A stretch of 64,000 nt of DNA from Haplodiscus bocki (lineage: Eukaryota), in contig OZ296657.1 of NCBI GenBank assembly GCA_965655095.1, positions 60,140,001 through 60,204,000 of the forward strand, in the 5' to 3' direction. A model generated the notes under the pieces. That model saw nothing but the letters and a program-made list of their open reading frames with translations. It made no database searches and had not been told where the DNA came from. The translations under genes and the position numbers were made by a program. Of the stretch, positions 36,361 through 50,800 are shown piece after piece (within the stretch, counting starts at the first letter, position 1; every line of letters begins with the position of its first letter).

Positions 36361-37755
36361 CACGATATATCGTCGTGTCAGAAAAGAAAGGAACCTTTAT
36401 TTGTGAAATAATAATGGGACGCTACCCATACTTGCGTGATGCTCAAAAACAACTGAAAATCACAAATTATGTTTGAAACAAAAGTTTCATAGAATTTTAT
36501 CTAGTTTACAATGGTGATTTTTTTGAAACTTCTAGGATCATTATTATGGAAGTAAGAAGATTTTGCACTTCTATGTATTAAGATAGGAGGTTGATATTGC
36601 ATCACAACTTTTGATGTTTTAATTACCTTCTACTCCGTTTTTGTTTACATTTCATATACTGTCAAGATGCCCCTCATCTATTGATTACACTCAGAAATTG
36701 GCAGCTCCCCAGTGCTTACACTATCAAACTACATACGGTAGTGATTTTAATTAATGCGACTAAGCAATTTTGATACGCTCTACAAAATCCTAAGTGGAAA
36801 GATAAATAATAGGAGATCAGAGTAAACACAGGTACTCTGAGAAAGCTCTTTAAAAAAGCTACCACATGGTTAATTCATTTGCCAAAACAAGTACTTCAAA
36901 GAGGTAGAAAATCGCGTTCCAAAGTTGAGTAAAAGAACTATTCAAGCATTGGGAATATTGACTAATTGGCAATTTTCGTAAAAAATCTTGACATTGACGC
37001 ACAATAGCAAGAAACAAATTATCAAATTAAGCAAATAGCAAAAATTTGTCAGTTTTGGTTTATCCCCAGAGCTTTTATTTCTAACACTTTTTTCACAACT
37101 TTGAATTTTTAGAAGAAATTGCAAAAAGTAAAAGTATAATTTTAACATCCTATTTTAATACGTTGATTTTCACATTTAGTAGATTCAAGATGAATTTTGG
37201 AATAGTTTTTGAAAATTTTTCTGCCGACAGATGACATCAGCTGTCTCAGAAACATCAAAAGCATCTGTTGATCAAACAAATTTCCATAAATAATTTTTTA
37301 AGTTACGAAATTCTCAAAAAATGGAAAATTCGGCCAAAAACGCATTTTCTAGTTTTTGCTCTAATCGTTAGATACTTTTCAAACGAACACCATTACAATC
37401 TCCTAAAAATTCAAAGAATGTTTTGTTTCTGGTATTTTTGTCCAAAATGATTATTCCCGAAGTTATTCGTCCTCAAAGTTGACTTATGCATTACAGTTGT
37501 CGCATTATTTAAAATCACTACTGTAGACATTTCTTGAGAAAAAATCATTCCCAATGTTAATACGTTGTAAAGGGTGTGATTTCATTAGAGAATGTCTATA
37601 TATTTTGATTCTGAGTGTAATCAGTAGATGAGGAGCATCTTGACAGTATATGAAATGTAAACAAAAATGGAGTAGAAGGTACTTAAAAACATCAGTAGTT
37701 GTGATGCAAAAATCAACATTCTATCTTAATTTCTTAATTGATAATTGATCTCTTA

Positions 37756-37955
37756 NNNNNNNNNNNNNNNNNNNNNNNNNNNNNNNNNNNNNNNNNNNNN
37801 NNNNNNNNNNNNNNNNNNNNNNNNNNNNNNNNNNNNNNNNNNNNNNNNNNNNNNNNNNNNNNNNNNNNNNNNNNNNNNNNNNNNNNNNNNNNNNNNNNNN
37901 NNNNNNNNNNNNNNNNNNNNNNNNNNNNNNNNNNNNNNNNNNNNNNNNNNNNNNN
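37756..37955. other. Assembly gap (200 N)
   Basis: The round length suggests a scaffolding join of unknown true size. Confidence 0.99.
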
Positions 37956-39261
37956 AAACTGGATGCGTTCAAGTAAAATTCGAAATCTTTTTTGCCAACC
38001 AGTATATGTTAAGTTTATCAAGCGTTCCCAAAAGAACACTGCTGGTGAAGTACCCCATTTAGAGATTTTGTTCAGGTTCATCGGTATACTGTCTTTTCTT
38101 TCTCGACGGAATTTACCAGAATAATCGATCTAAGGATTCAAACCTCTTTGGTAATGGAACGGGGGTATGTTGATTAGATCTTTCAGACACGATATCAACA
38201 ATTTGGAACGTTTTAGGTTGTAGTACACCAAAAAGCTCGTTTGCTTAAACTTAGTAACAGCTCTCTTATTTTGTCCAGGTTGTTGATTGCAACACACCCA
38301 TACAACACACACTGCGAGTTAATGGAAGTGGAAGGATTGAATTTAAACATCTAACATTCTGTAGCTTTTTTTTCACGTTTGAGAAGTTTTGAATTCAGTC
38401 ATTTAAAAGAATAGCTCAACTTCATACGTAAATTTTTCATGGGAAACACAAGTTTGTATTTCACATGTAGTCTTTCATACGATGATATCATGAAACTGTG
38501 AACGATGAAAAAAGTGATATGTTCGATGCTTTCAAGGAACATTAAAGCAAATTTAATAGAAGAAGTTATTGAAAAATTCGATGAAAACAAAAGTTGAAAA
38601 GTGTTTTTTGAAAAATCAATAATTATTAGGTTTTAGTTTTCTTTTTAGTTTTAACAAGTAATTGATTTCTTCTTTTACCAAAAAAACAGCATTCAAACTG
38701 TCAAAAAAGAGCCTCTTTGAGAACATTTTTTTCGAAATTAAACTTTAATACTGATGAATTTTGATTTAAAAGCAAATAACACAAACATCACCTGGAAAAA
38801 AATTAACTAAAAAACTAGGTTTTTTTCCGACTGAACAATGGCTTTGTTTAGAAATGAAATAAGCATGAAGAGCCATTATGAAAATGGAACACGCAAAAAA
38901 AGCCACAGGGACCTTCCACGAGATCCTCAAATGTGAAGGGTGGAGGTAATTATGCTATTAGTTAATTATGAAAACTAATTAGATGGTATTACCACTAAAA
39001 GTAAAATATTGAATTTAAAAATAGTTCTCAACACAGCATCTATCAAACGACAAATCTGTAATGCAAACTACATTACAATATTTGAAAGTTCATAACTCCA
39101 GTCAAAAACAACAAAAACCTAAAATGGCAAAAGAATTATTAACATTGATGCCCCCTATCAAATAAACTTTTGACACGACAATGCATAGCTGAGAAACAGT
39201 CGCGCTCGTTTACTTCACGATTACGTAATTTGACCGTTTTTAAAGACATTGCTAGACAAAA

Positions 39262-40062
39262 ATGGCTAACTATGACTTCCAAAAAGCATTAAATTTGATC
39301 GAAAATTCCAATTTAAAGGCAATTATGCAGCATTTACTTAAAAAATTAGAGGAGAAGGACGATCAAATTCGGTTATTAACCAACCGTGTGGTGGATTTGG
39401 AGCAGAGGGTGAATGAATGTGAGAAGTATTCTTCGAAAGATAGTATCATTTTTGACAATTTACCTCTGCGAAATGATAATACTCCTCTGTCTCACCAGGT
39501 ATGTGACTTTCTTCAAAAATATTTGAACTTCACCACGCACCCACAAAATTTCAAAGCGTGCCATGTGTTGGGAAAGTGGAAGGACACAAATTCACCACCA
39601 GGAGTAATAATAAAGTTTTTGTATTACGGTGAAAAAAATGAAATATTCGGTCGCAAATCTTGGTTGGCTGGGATCAGAAACCCTCTCAATGGGCGTCCAA
39701 TATTCATGAAAGAACGGCTCCCCCCTCTTCAGCGAGAAATTAAAAAGGAAGCTGACCAACTTGGATTAATAACAACTACTATGAACTGTGATGTTAAAGT
39801 TTTCAAAAAGTCAGATGACAATAAATTCATGCCCATTGTTGTGAATTCTCTGAAAGCTGTGCACGACATCAAAAACACTGCTGTTAAACGAGCTAACCGT
39901 GGAACAAAGGACAAACCGCCAGTCAACCACACTCCCTTGCTTACATGTGGTACTTCAAAGCGTCCTCGCTGCTCCCCTGGTGATGGGAATATTGAAAAAT
40001 TTGCATGCATCGAGAGTTGTACGAAAGCCAAAACGGATATCCATAATTGCGGTCAAACTTAA
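39262..40062 (+). CDS. LINE ORF1 protein (coiled coil plus RRM-like domain)
   Basis: Intact 266-aa ORF. Heptad region LKKLEEKDDQIRLLTNRVVDLEQRVNECEKYS, then SIIFDNLP, ACHVLG, GVIIKF and IFMKERL, as in L1/CR1-type ORF1 RRM-CTD. Confidence 0.85.
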   Translation: MANYDFQKALNLIENSNLKAIMQHLLKKLEEKDDQIRLLTNRVVDLEQRVNECEKYSSKDSIIFDNLPLRNDNTPLSHQVCDFLQKYLNFTTHPQNFKACHVLGKWKDTNSPPGVIIKFLYYGEKNEIFGRKSWLAGIRNPLNGRPIFMKERLPPLQREIKKEADQLGLITTTMNCDVKVFKKSDDNKFMPIVVNSLKAVHDIKNTAVKRANRGTKDKPPVNHTPLLTCGTSKRPRCSPGDGNIEKFACIESCTKAKTDIHNCGQT

Positions 40063-40088
40063 GATAAAGTTTTTGATTTAAGCTATAA

Positions 40089-43076
40089 GTGAACGTAAAC
40101 ACGCTATTTTTATATTACCAAAACTCTAACAAGTTTGACTGCAATCGGTATTACATCCAATTAACCAATCAAACTAAACTTAAACACATTTATTTTCAAA
40201 TGTTTGGAAACCTAAAACATTGTTTTGATCCGATACTCAACAAAGACACCCTTTTTTTGAACAATATTAGGTCCTTAAAAAAAAAATTCGACCAACTGGT
40301 ATGTTTATTAGATAGTCTGCCCGAAAAACCAAAAATAGTCTGCTTATGCGAAACAAGGCTGAAGGACGAACACGAACTTGGCATGTATTGTATTGATGGG
40401 TATGAGGTGCCAATAGTTAAAAACCGAAACGGGAAAAGAGGAGGCGGTCTTGCAATCTATATTCAAAGTAATATTCGTGTCAGTGTGTCAACTAGTTCAG
40501 CAGAAATTGAAAATATCGTAGTAAAATTGGAGAGTAAGAATGAGTCTTTGATTGTTGCCCTGGTTTACCGCCCACCTCATCAGCAACTAAAAAAATTCTT
40601 AACTGAATTTGAGAAATTGTTAGATGAAAATCTTCTGAGAAAACATAATGTGATGATCTGTGGTGATTTCAACATTGATTCAACATCTAGTTCAAATAGT
40701 TATAGTGAATACCAAGAGTTGTTAACATCGTTCGGTTTGTCCCAAGTGAATGTGTTTCCAACAAGGGTAACAGAAGCTTCCAAAAAATGCATTGATCATA
40801 TCCACACAAATTCTTCAACTACTCTAAAAAACGTAACATTGGAAATAGGAATTAGTGATCACTACCCTGTATTGACTGAGCTTCCTGGAAAATGGTTATC
40901 CGCTAAAAATAATAACGACGTTTTTCAATACAGAAACCTGAAAGTCTTTGAAAATGACGAAATTGCTACCAAGTTTCTATTTCGATTATCTCACGAGCTC
41001 GGAAAACTTAATCCAATCGACTTGGATGATGAAATAAGATTACTAACCGCAACCATTCTAAATTGTCTGGATAGATTCTCGCCCTTAAAAATCAGAACAA
41101 AAAATTCTCCCAGGCAGTCTTGGGTGAACAAAAATGTCCTCAAAGCGATCGGAAACAGAGAAAAAGCTCGCCTAAAAAGCATTAAAAGCCCATCAGAAAC
41201 TAACCAAAGAAAATATCAACATCTTCGAAATATTGCCACGGTCGAAATTAGAAAAGCTAAATTCGAATTTTATGATAAACTATTAGGACGTAAACCTACA
41301 ACAAAAACCCTGTATGACGTATACAATCGTATACGTCACGGTGGAAAAAATAGTACTAAAGATGATCAAAATCTACAACCTGATGCATTAAACAATTTTT
41401 TTACTAGCATTGGCCAGAAACTTGCAGAAAGTATTGACGGAAATGGTTTGCTAAAATACCGTGGCAAAAGAACATTAGAAACGTTCGTCCTTCAGCCAAC
41501 TACAACCAACGAAGTAATGAAAGTGATTAGGCAAATATCCAATAAATCTTCCACTGCAGAAGATCAGCTGAGCAACAACGTTATTAAATTGTGTGGTCCC
41601 GTAATCTCACCGTATCTTTCCCGAATCTACAACGAATGTATTACAAAAGAAACCTTCCCGAAGGCTTGGAAAGTTTCCAGAATTTTTCCTATTTTCAAGT
41701 CAGGAGAAAGATCCTTACCCCAAAACTACCGCCCGATTAGTTTACTCAGCGCAATGAGCAAAATTTTGGAAAAAATTTTACATTCTAGAATGATTAAATT
41801 TGTGGAAAAACATAAACTTTTGAGTTCCAATCAGTTCGGCTTCCGTCCCTAACAGAGTTGTGTGAATGCAATATCTGAACTTACTGAAGCGATAAGAACT
41901 TCCGTTGACAAAAAAGAGTCAAGCTGTTTGTGCCTTCTTGATCTGCAGAAAGCATTCGACACTGTTGATCATACAATTCTGTTACATAAGCTCGCCATGA
42001 TTGGGTTTAGGGGCAAAGTACTCAATTTTATTTCAAGCTACTTAGAAAATCGTCAACAATATGTTTCCTACAACAACAAGAGATCAAATTTAAAAACAAT
42101 TGAGTATGGAGTTCCACAAGGCTCTGTACTTGGACCTTTATTATTCCTACTTTATATCAATGATCTTCCATCTGCCCTTCAAGATTGTAACATGGTTCTT
42201 TATGCGGACGATACAAGTATCTTTTGTTCTGGGAAACAATGTGCTGAGAAAATGCAAAACTCACTGGACCAGGCTAGCACTTGGTTCAGGGAAAATAAAT
42301 TGACAGTTAATCAACAAAAAAGTGAAATTTTAACGTTTGGAAAAATAAATAGCCTCTCAGTGAGGTCTTATGACTTCAAAAACTCTGAAACCTGTAAATA
42401 CTTAGGAATAATCATCGATAAGAAACTTACATTTGTAGACCATATTAAAAAAGTACGACTGAAATTATCGCAATTTTGCGGAATAGTTTTTAAGGTAAGA
42501 CATTACTTTTCACGTAAACAATTAATAATGCTATACCACTCTTTTGCAGTTTCCGTAATACAATATGGTGTATTAATTTATGGTTGTACCTATAAACATC
42601 ATCTGAATGAGATATTAAAACTTCAACGTAGAATCATTCGAGCAATATTTTATCTAAGGAACACTGACTCATTAGAGCATATTATACAAGTTAACAAACT
42701 TTTCACCGTATTTGAACTTCATGTGCGAGAAGTGTTTCGAGAAGTTTTTACGAACTTAAGACAAGGAACATTTTGGACAAAATACAATTTCACTTCAGAT
42801 AGCAGTCAAAAACAAACTCGATCTGTATCAAAAGGAAAATTGAAGATGATATCTTCTCGAAGTAATGTTCGTAAACATTCCATAGCTAATAAAGTAGTCA
42901 AAGCATATAATATCCTTCAAGAATGCGACTTAGACGTTACAAAATATCGTGATTTATCTGAAGGGGCCTTTAGAGTTTTTTTCAAGAAATTTTTCGAAAA
43001 TTATATAGTCGGTGCATCCGATTTCATTGATCTGTTTTTTAAAAAAGTTGGGTTTCGGATCCTATATGAATTCTAA
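40089..43076 (+). pseudogene. LINE ORF2 (apurinic endonuclease plus reverse transcriptase) with one in-frame stop at 41850-41852
   Basis: EN motifs NIRSL, LCET, GGGLAIY, VYRPP, GDFN, IDHI, SDH. RT motifs NYRPISLL, QFGFR, LDLQKAFDTV, GVPQGSVLGPLLFLLYINDL, YADD, YLGI. The two ORF halves are in the same frame. First ATG is at 40200. Confidence 0.95.
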
Positions 43077-45109
43077 TAATATCACACTTAGGTTTCCAAG
43101 GGGGGCCACTCGACGAGAATTTATTCTCTTTGGTCCTCCATGTTGTTGACTAATTTACCAATAATTTGTAAACTAAATAGTGTTCCTGTAACAAAGTCAT
43201 CAACTAAACTAAATTCAATTCAATTCAATTCATGAACAAGAAGCTGAATTTTTTGAACTAACAACTGGAACTGAAATAGTGATTAATTAAAAAAACAGAA
43301 TCTGACAACAAACGCTGAGAGGAAGCTCAAACGAAACGATTCAAAAACTTATATGGCTTTTTTTGAAACGGAAGGAACGAAAAAGCACCTATCGAAAACC
43401 ATATACAAAAAAAAATGAGTTATATGAACCATTATAAACCAGGTCGAGAAGAACTTCACAATATTGTTTCTGGAGAAACTAAATTACACGACTACAGTCC
43501 CAATCAGTCAGAATATGATGTAAAAACAAAAAACATTAACTGAAAGAGTAAACTTAAAAAAATTGCTTTCAGATTGCAAAATCGAACGAAAAAAAAACGA
43601 AATTTTGTTCAAAAAGAGAAAGCAGCTGCAAATAACATTGATATTCTCAAAGAGCACGAAAATTCGTCGAAAGCTTCTGTTTTTCAATTATCCAACTTCC
43701 AATCAACAAATAGTATTTTTTTCCATAAATCTTTCTGAACGTATATTACATTTACTTTATATTATAGGAATTTGTGGTAATTATGATAATGCAGGTGAAG
43801 ATTCAAAAGCTTTATTTTTTCCATTTAACAAAAGGCGTAGAGCTGACTCGGAAGATGATGATAAATGACCCATAAAGAAGTTGTAAAGAAACTAAATTGG
43901 GAAAACGAAGCCATATCAAACGAAAACTTACAAAAAAAAAGAAGTGAACCAAAAAAAAGTATATTTACAAGAGGCACAAAGATTTGTAACTATTGAGCGT
44001 TCAAATAAATTACTCCCCATGGAGGCTATTCAATGGATTGCTGACATACATGGTATGTTTCGTTACTCTTATGGATGCCCATCACTTATGTTGTTATCTG
44101 AATACATCATTGAAGGAAATTGTAAAATGCTTTTCTATGTGTATAAAATCTGATGGAACAATTGCTAAAGTCCGCATAAAAAACCTGCCGTTTAAAAAAA
44201 TTATAACAAACAAAACTATTGGAACCGCATTTCAATTTTTTTGTGGTTTGTTCACATTTTAAAAAAGTTAGACTCGAAGAAAAGTAGTGACAAACAATAG
44301 CCTAAGACATAAAAACAATGTTAACAAAAACTGTGATAATATTGGTGAAGGTTTTCAAACAATCTCACAAAATAACCAAAAAAAAACATTATGAGGAAAG
44401 TATCTTCTAAAAAATTTAAAATCATGTACGGGAGATACAAATTGTACAGTTGTATCTTACCAACAAAAGTAGGTTTGAAAGCAGATAAATCAGAAGATTT
44501 ATTGCTTTTTAAAAAAAATGCGTACAAACTTTCTTAACAAACAGAAAATAGACGAAAGAACCTATACAAATTTAGTCAATTAAATCAAAAGAACTTTTTG
44601 TTGTTAGAATATCTGTGAAAAATAAAGAAGAAAAAAATTGACTCATGCAAATGCCTGGTTTACAAATAGCTATTTCCACTTCCAAAGCAACGAACAAAAG
44701 GGGAAAATTTTGACTTTCAAAACCGGATAACATGAAGTTTATGTGACGACTAACAGAGTAAAACATCTAACTAACACAATGGCGAAGAGAGAAGTGAAAG
44801 AAGAACATATGTTTGAGAATTGCTCTTCTTAAGAGAAAAGACTTTCTAATTATCTTATCATGACTCTAAAACCCCGAAAAACTAAAGAAAGGACGGGTTA
44901 AAGGAACAAAATTATGAAGAGTATGATCATGTGATATACAGAATGAATCGGCACTCAATGAAATTTTGGACATAATCTATCGGAACCCATTTCCCTGAAA
45001 AGCAGATTTTGATACATTGGCAGGAAGAAATGGCAAAAAAATGCAAACTTTTGAGAAAGTCGCTTCATTTTTGAAAACTGAAGCTGATAATTTCTCAATG
45101 ATTGCTACT

Positions 45110-47829
45110 ATGACAATGAATGGCAAAAAATAGGGAAAAAATTGATATTCGTTCTTTTCGCATTTTGTTTCGTCATAAACTGCAGCTGTGTGAAGTTTTG
45201 TCTTGAATCCTCATCCGTCCATGAAACATTCAGTTTCAGCGGAAGGAACTCCAGACTGCGGGAACAACGGTCCATAAATCTGAAAAACCGAAGCAAAAAG
45301 AAACATTATCATCCGAAACTCCCAACAAAAGGCGCAGTCACACTGCTGCAATTTTTTCCGTCAAGGATGCACAGAAGTGATAGATTGAACGTACAACAAG
45401 TGATTTTGAAAATAAAGCCCTTCTTGAGAGAAAAAATGTTGTCGATGGAGATTTTGATTGCAGAATACAAGTCACTATACGAAAAACAAACCAGGGAATA
45501 TTCAATAAAAGAGTCATGTAGTAGTATCAAAGCTTCAATTCAGAACTTGATACAAAAATTCAAAGGTGTAGTTTTCCAGAAAGATAATTTTGAAATATGT
45601 CTGAGAGAGAAGAACTTTCGCCACTTTCGGCCAATCAGAACTCCAATTCCGATGTAGAAATCAGTTTGGAAGACTTTTAGGAACGAACAACCCGTTTCAG
45701 GTAAAAAGCTATCGAGATTGGTACCCTGATGGAAAAAAAGGATATAGGTATTTTTGAAGAAGTATAATTTTGAAGACCGGGTAAGTCATGACTAAAAGCA
45801 CTTTTGGCAATTTTGGTTCATCAAGAATCCACAGCAAGGTATACATTCAAAGTTTTCTTCTCAAATTTTCTAACTTAAGTAGGAACTAATTGACTGAGAG
45901 TATGAAGAAAGACATTGAGCTGGTAGTTATGGCGAAACCCGGGTTAGAAGACTCAGTTTTGAAAATTACTTGTTAAATTTGTTGGACTATCAGAAGTCAA
46001 TCACGAGGCACAGGAAAAAAAACTTTCACCACTAGTTTTTTTCAAAAGCCGAAGTTTTTCGATTGAGACCTTGGTGGAAGAAACGAAGCCTGCAGTTAAG
46101 GGTGACAAATGAAGATGAATTTGAATATCAAGAAATCTTGTCTGAAGGAATTTTTTTAAAAGTTTCACGTCATCACGAATCTGATGCAGCGAACAAACTC
46201 AACAGTTTTTCATCTAAGTGCTGCTCCAAAAATGTTATGTTTTGAATTGAGTTCTTGATGTACGAATTCCAACTGGTAGTGATTGAAGGATACAAGTTCG
46301 AAAATTGAGCGAAAGAAAAAATATAGCATTTTTTGGTAACTTCGGAATGTCAAAACTCTGACGCAAAGAACACAAATCGACATGTTCTCCATCGCAAAAG
46401 TCTCTATATGTAAAAAATTTTCATTTCCCATCCTGATGGAAGAAGGAAAGCCTGTATTGTTGGAGAAAAATGAGTTTGAAAAGCGAGAGAAATCAAAATT
46501 AAACAGTTTCTTGAGGGATCAAATTAATCAGTTTGATGCAAGGGAGAAAGTCATTTCTTTTTGAATCGAACAATCATCTTTGAGTGATGAGTTTCCGACC
46601 GATATCTTGATGGAGAAAAACGAAATTGTAGTGGCTGCGATTTAAAAGTCTGAATATCGATCCATACCATCAAGAAAATCATTTTTCGGAATGTTCGGAC
46701 AGTCATAAATCTGCTGCATGGATCAAAACAAAACATTTGTTATTTAAACCATTCTCTGCAAATGGAACGTTTTTGATTGAGACCTTGGTTGGTGAAGTCA
46801 TACCTGTAGTCACGGAAGACGATGAATTTGATTAACGAGACAAATCCATGTTATTATACATTCATGAAGCTTCTGATTATCTGAAACATAACAGAAGGAT
46901 CAGAAGTAATGGTTAATCAATCGAATCATCCTCCACAAATGTCAAATTTCCAACTGGGAGTTTGATGGAAAGTACCAAGCTTGTAGTGGTTGAGAAAAAA
47001 CTGTCTAAAATATTGAAGAAATAATTTTATTAACAGCAATTTTCAAAAATTATGACTATCAGCATTCTGTTGCAAGGAGTACAATTGATACTGCTCCAAT
47101 GGAACAGTTCACTACACAAAAAAGAACCTAACCGAGATCAAGATTTCATGTTTAAATCAGTATTTTTCCGGGACAGAGAGTTTGAAAACTAGAAAATTCA
47201 ATAACAATCGGGCTTTTTGGCATTATCTCAGTGTCGACGGCAAAGAACGATATGATGCAGCAGACATTTTTTGAATGAGATATGAATTTTTTTCGTTGGA
47301 TAAATTAGGATAGAGAAAAAACCAATACACAAACATAATAAGAATTAGTTGACTTCCTTATCCTTATAAAAAAACTCAACAAACTTTTGAAGACATTTAA
47401 CGCATAGACTTTTTTTCGGTTTTTACAAGAAAATCAAAACTTTTCCTCAGTTTTTGAAACAATATTGGAAAAATCAATTCATTTCAGTTGCGTCGGAAAA
47501 AAGGTAAATTTTCAGAAAGAAAACATTTGAAAAACTCGTGGAACTTTGTCGAAAAAACCCTAAGTCTTCCTATTAAAAGACAAGATCGTGTTAACGCGTA
47601 TCTAAAGAGACATTTAAAATTACAGTCCAAAACAGGAGTTGAACCCACCACCTCCCGCTTCTGAGCCGCAGTCACTAGCGACACATGTAATTTTAAGACA
47701 CCAAAGACTCTGCAGATTTGCACTCTTCGCGCCATGGGCAGTTTCAGGGAAAAAAAACGCTGACTATTGAATTGAATATTTTCTTCTCGAAAAAACCTTT
47801 TCGACGAAAAACAGTAAACCAACACACAG
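45110..47829 (+). mobile_element. Unclassified dispersed element, copy B, with ~10 units of the ~177-bp array
   Basis: Motif gaatc(t/c)gatgcaagg recurs near 45826, 45991, 46173, 46351, 46529, 46704, 46885, 47060 and 47230. Both flanks are homologous to copy A. Left boundary approximate. Confidence 0.75.
47626..47690 (-). other. Degenerate tRNA-like segment (B-box) inside element copy B
   Basis: GGTTCAACTCC at 47635-47645 (minus strand) preceded by gggaggtggtg. No full cloverleaf. Confidence 0.35.
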
Positions 47830-47849
47830 TTAGTAATGAAGCCTCCCAA

Positions 47850-50800
47850 TAAACCGCTAACCTACAAAGGTCCAAAAGCCCCACAAATGGAACCCACCTG
47901 TTTTTTCTAAAAGCAACCATAGCAGTACCAGAATTAAGCCCTTCACAAGAAATTCGGTTTTCTGAAACATCCAGAACAACACCCCAAAACCCCCAAAAAC
48001 CCATGAAAAAATATTTTTTGAAAAAAACATTGTATCTAAAAAATGTGACAAGTTTAAAAGTTTTCTAATAAAACAAGAGATAAGATTTGGTGAAATCCAC
48101 AAAAAAACCCAAGAAAACATAAATTTACATAAATAAACTAAACAAAAATTACAAATTAAAGCCACCAATCAGCTTGGAATCAAAGCTAACTATTTACTCG
48201 TTTTTATTGTAAATCATAAATATCTTACGAAACTGACATATAATTTTATTCTGAAAATCAATTCTTTACCTAGTTTGAACGTTACGGGTGAAATAAACAT
48301 CAAAGTAATGGAAAAACTGACTTTTAAAATTACTGATGCACTCATGTGGACACCTGTTTAGATACTTGTTTTCAAAAAAAACTGATACATTTAGTTCCGA
48401 GTTTAACTATATCAACATTTTCAAAATCAAACTTTACTTCTTTTTACCCTGGCCAAACAGAGTTCCCCAAATCTTTTTTTGGTAGAATACCTGAAAAATA
48501 GTTTCTGAGTAAATTAAAAACATTTCAGGAAAAAATATCATATAAAAATGTTGTATATAAACTTAGCAACTTGTGGTGTTAACTACAATTTCACTCTTGA
48601 TTCCACTCAAAACTGCAGATACATCTTTGCAATGTTTTAAGAATAGTTTTGCCAAAAACACGAAACAAAAGTTTTTTGAACAAAAGTACTCATATAATGC
48701 TTTTAAGAAACTACGCTAATTATCAACATAGACATAGATATACAGATAACTTTAGGCACATTTAATAGTTGTAGTTCAAGAATAGAAACTGAATATGCTC
48801 AAATAATTTTGGTAACTTCACTGGCCAACTGGTATAGGTTTTTCTTCAACCGATCCTAACATGGCAATTCCTGTGATGGACTCATTTTCGAGTTTTTGAT
48901 CAGATTGGCCGATATACCGTTTTGTTTTCTCCCGATGCCAAAGACCAAAATTCTGCGCTACTGACTAAACCTTTTGCCATTTACACGAAAGATAGACTGA
49001 CTAAACTTTTTAGGTGACATTAACCAAACAAAAATATATCACTTGTATTCGAACAAATCAAACGTGTGATTTATTACAACAACTCTGTCTAAATTTGCCC
49101 ATGTTTTCGATTCAGTTGCATCCTTTTCATGTATAGTGCTTGTTTATGGAAGGATTAAAGTGGAATACCCAAAAGCTTTTATTTCCAATTGTTCAGATGT
49201 AACAACTATTGAGCTGAACGAACTTTATTTACAAATAAATACCTCACACGTAAAATTAACTACATCTAGAATACAAAATCACAATGCACAGAATCGTTTT
49301 TATCCAATTATAACACGGAAAAAATACGCATCTAAAAGGTTCTCTTCTGAAAGGAAAGAAATGAGTTAATTGGAAAGAATATTGAAAAACATCATGGGAT
49401 TGATAACACTAAAAAGCCAGCTTTTCAAACATCTTCATAGTTTTTTACTTAGTTTCCATTCTAGTTTTGTAATTGATTGACTTCCTTTTCACCATGAAAT
49501 CAACATTCATATGAGAAGATTTATACTCATTTTCCTTGCTGCATCTGCAAAATCAAGATTTAATACTTGAGGTTCTGAATTAAAAACACATAACCCAACG
49601 CAAAAAACGCTAGCAAAAAATTAATTTAAAAAACAAGGTTTTCTTATTGAGCAATTTCTTTGAACAAAAATGAAATTAACATGGAGAGCCCGAGCAAGAA
49701 TGGAATACTCAACAGAAAAAAGAGCTCACATTGACCTTCCGTTGGCTCATCAAATGTGAAAAGTGGAGGTTTTTATGCTAATGATGAAGAATAGTTATTA
49801 TATGTTGTCACCAGAAGGAAATTTTTCAAATGGACTGGACAAAACAGCTTCTATCACACGAAAGAGTTGTATTACAAATTCAAATACAAGGTTTGAACGA
49901 TTATAACTCCAGCCAAAATTAACATATTTCAAAACTGGAGAAGAATTTACGACAATAATGACTTCCGTCAAAAAAACCTTCAATTTAATGGAAGCTGGTT
50001 TTTTTCAAAATATGAAATGGAAGTGAACGATAAAATATTAGAACAGCAGAATGGGAGAAAAAACGGTGGGAAGAAGCTAAAGCGAAACTGTTGAAAGATT
50101 TATATGATTGAAAAGAACCTATTTAAAATGAAAAGAAAGGAAAGACAATTATCCAAACCATGGTTAAAAAAGGCAAGACTGATATGATCGAAGATAAACA
50201 TTGTACAAATAAACTTCATAGTTATGTTTCTGGAGAAAAGACACCACGATAGAAACCTCAATCAATGAATTTTATTGCAAAAACAAAATCATGTCAACTG
50301 AACACAAAAAGAGGCAAATGAAAATTTGTAGACTAAAACTCTAACGAAATTAAGAACGAAATTCTATTGAAATGAAACAATTAGCTGATACAATTTAAAG
50401 AAAATGATTCTTTTAATTAACAGTTAGGGTTTTTTCATTGCTTCTGATATCCGGTTGAACAAAATCTAACAAGAAAAACGTTTTTTTTCGAAAAACTTCC
50501 ACGGCCACAAAACCATTACTCAGAGATATAGAGATAGAGTTGTGTGTAAATTTTGATGAAGCAGTTAAAGTTTTTTAGGACTTTTTACCTTATTTAAAAC
50601 TTTCCAGGATGAAATTTCCTTAAATGGTAATGAAAGCAGATGAATGTTCCCTCGTCGTAAAAGAAAATGCTTGTCACATCTTTATAAATGTACAGAAATG
50701 CCTAGAATTTATAGAAAAGCTTCTTTCTTTTTCGATAAACGAAGCTTCTAAAAGTTCAATTACAAAAACTACGAGAAAAATGGTGAAAACGTTGATTATT

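Larger units (their letters stand above)
39170..43232 (+). mobile_element. Non-LTR retrotransposon (CR1/L2 group; Crack/Daphne/Kiri-like), near full length
   Basis: Short 5' UTR, ORF1, APE-RT ORF2, 3' UTR stem-loop and (ATTCA)4 tail at 43213-43232. Confidence 0.95.
38340..45100 (+). mobile_element. Old AT-rich repeat remnant (38340-39165 and 43233-45100) split by the LINE; paralogous to 49690-50400
   Basis: gaccttcc…tcaaatgtgaa..gtggaggt at ~38910 and ~49733. The post-LINE sequence gaagctg..tttttt…gaagct.aa.cgaaac matches the sequence following 49990. Confidence 0.6.

Noticed and set aside
37721-38124. ORFs containing X runs
   Set aside because: They span the N gap.
47626-47690. Functional tRNA gene
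   Set aside because: Only a B-box/T-arm-like part is present; no acceptor or D stem can be built, and the equivalent segment in copy A is more decayed.
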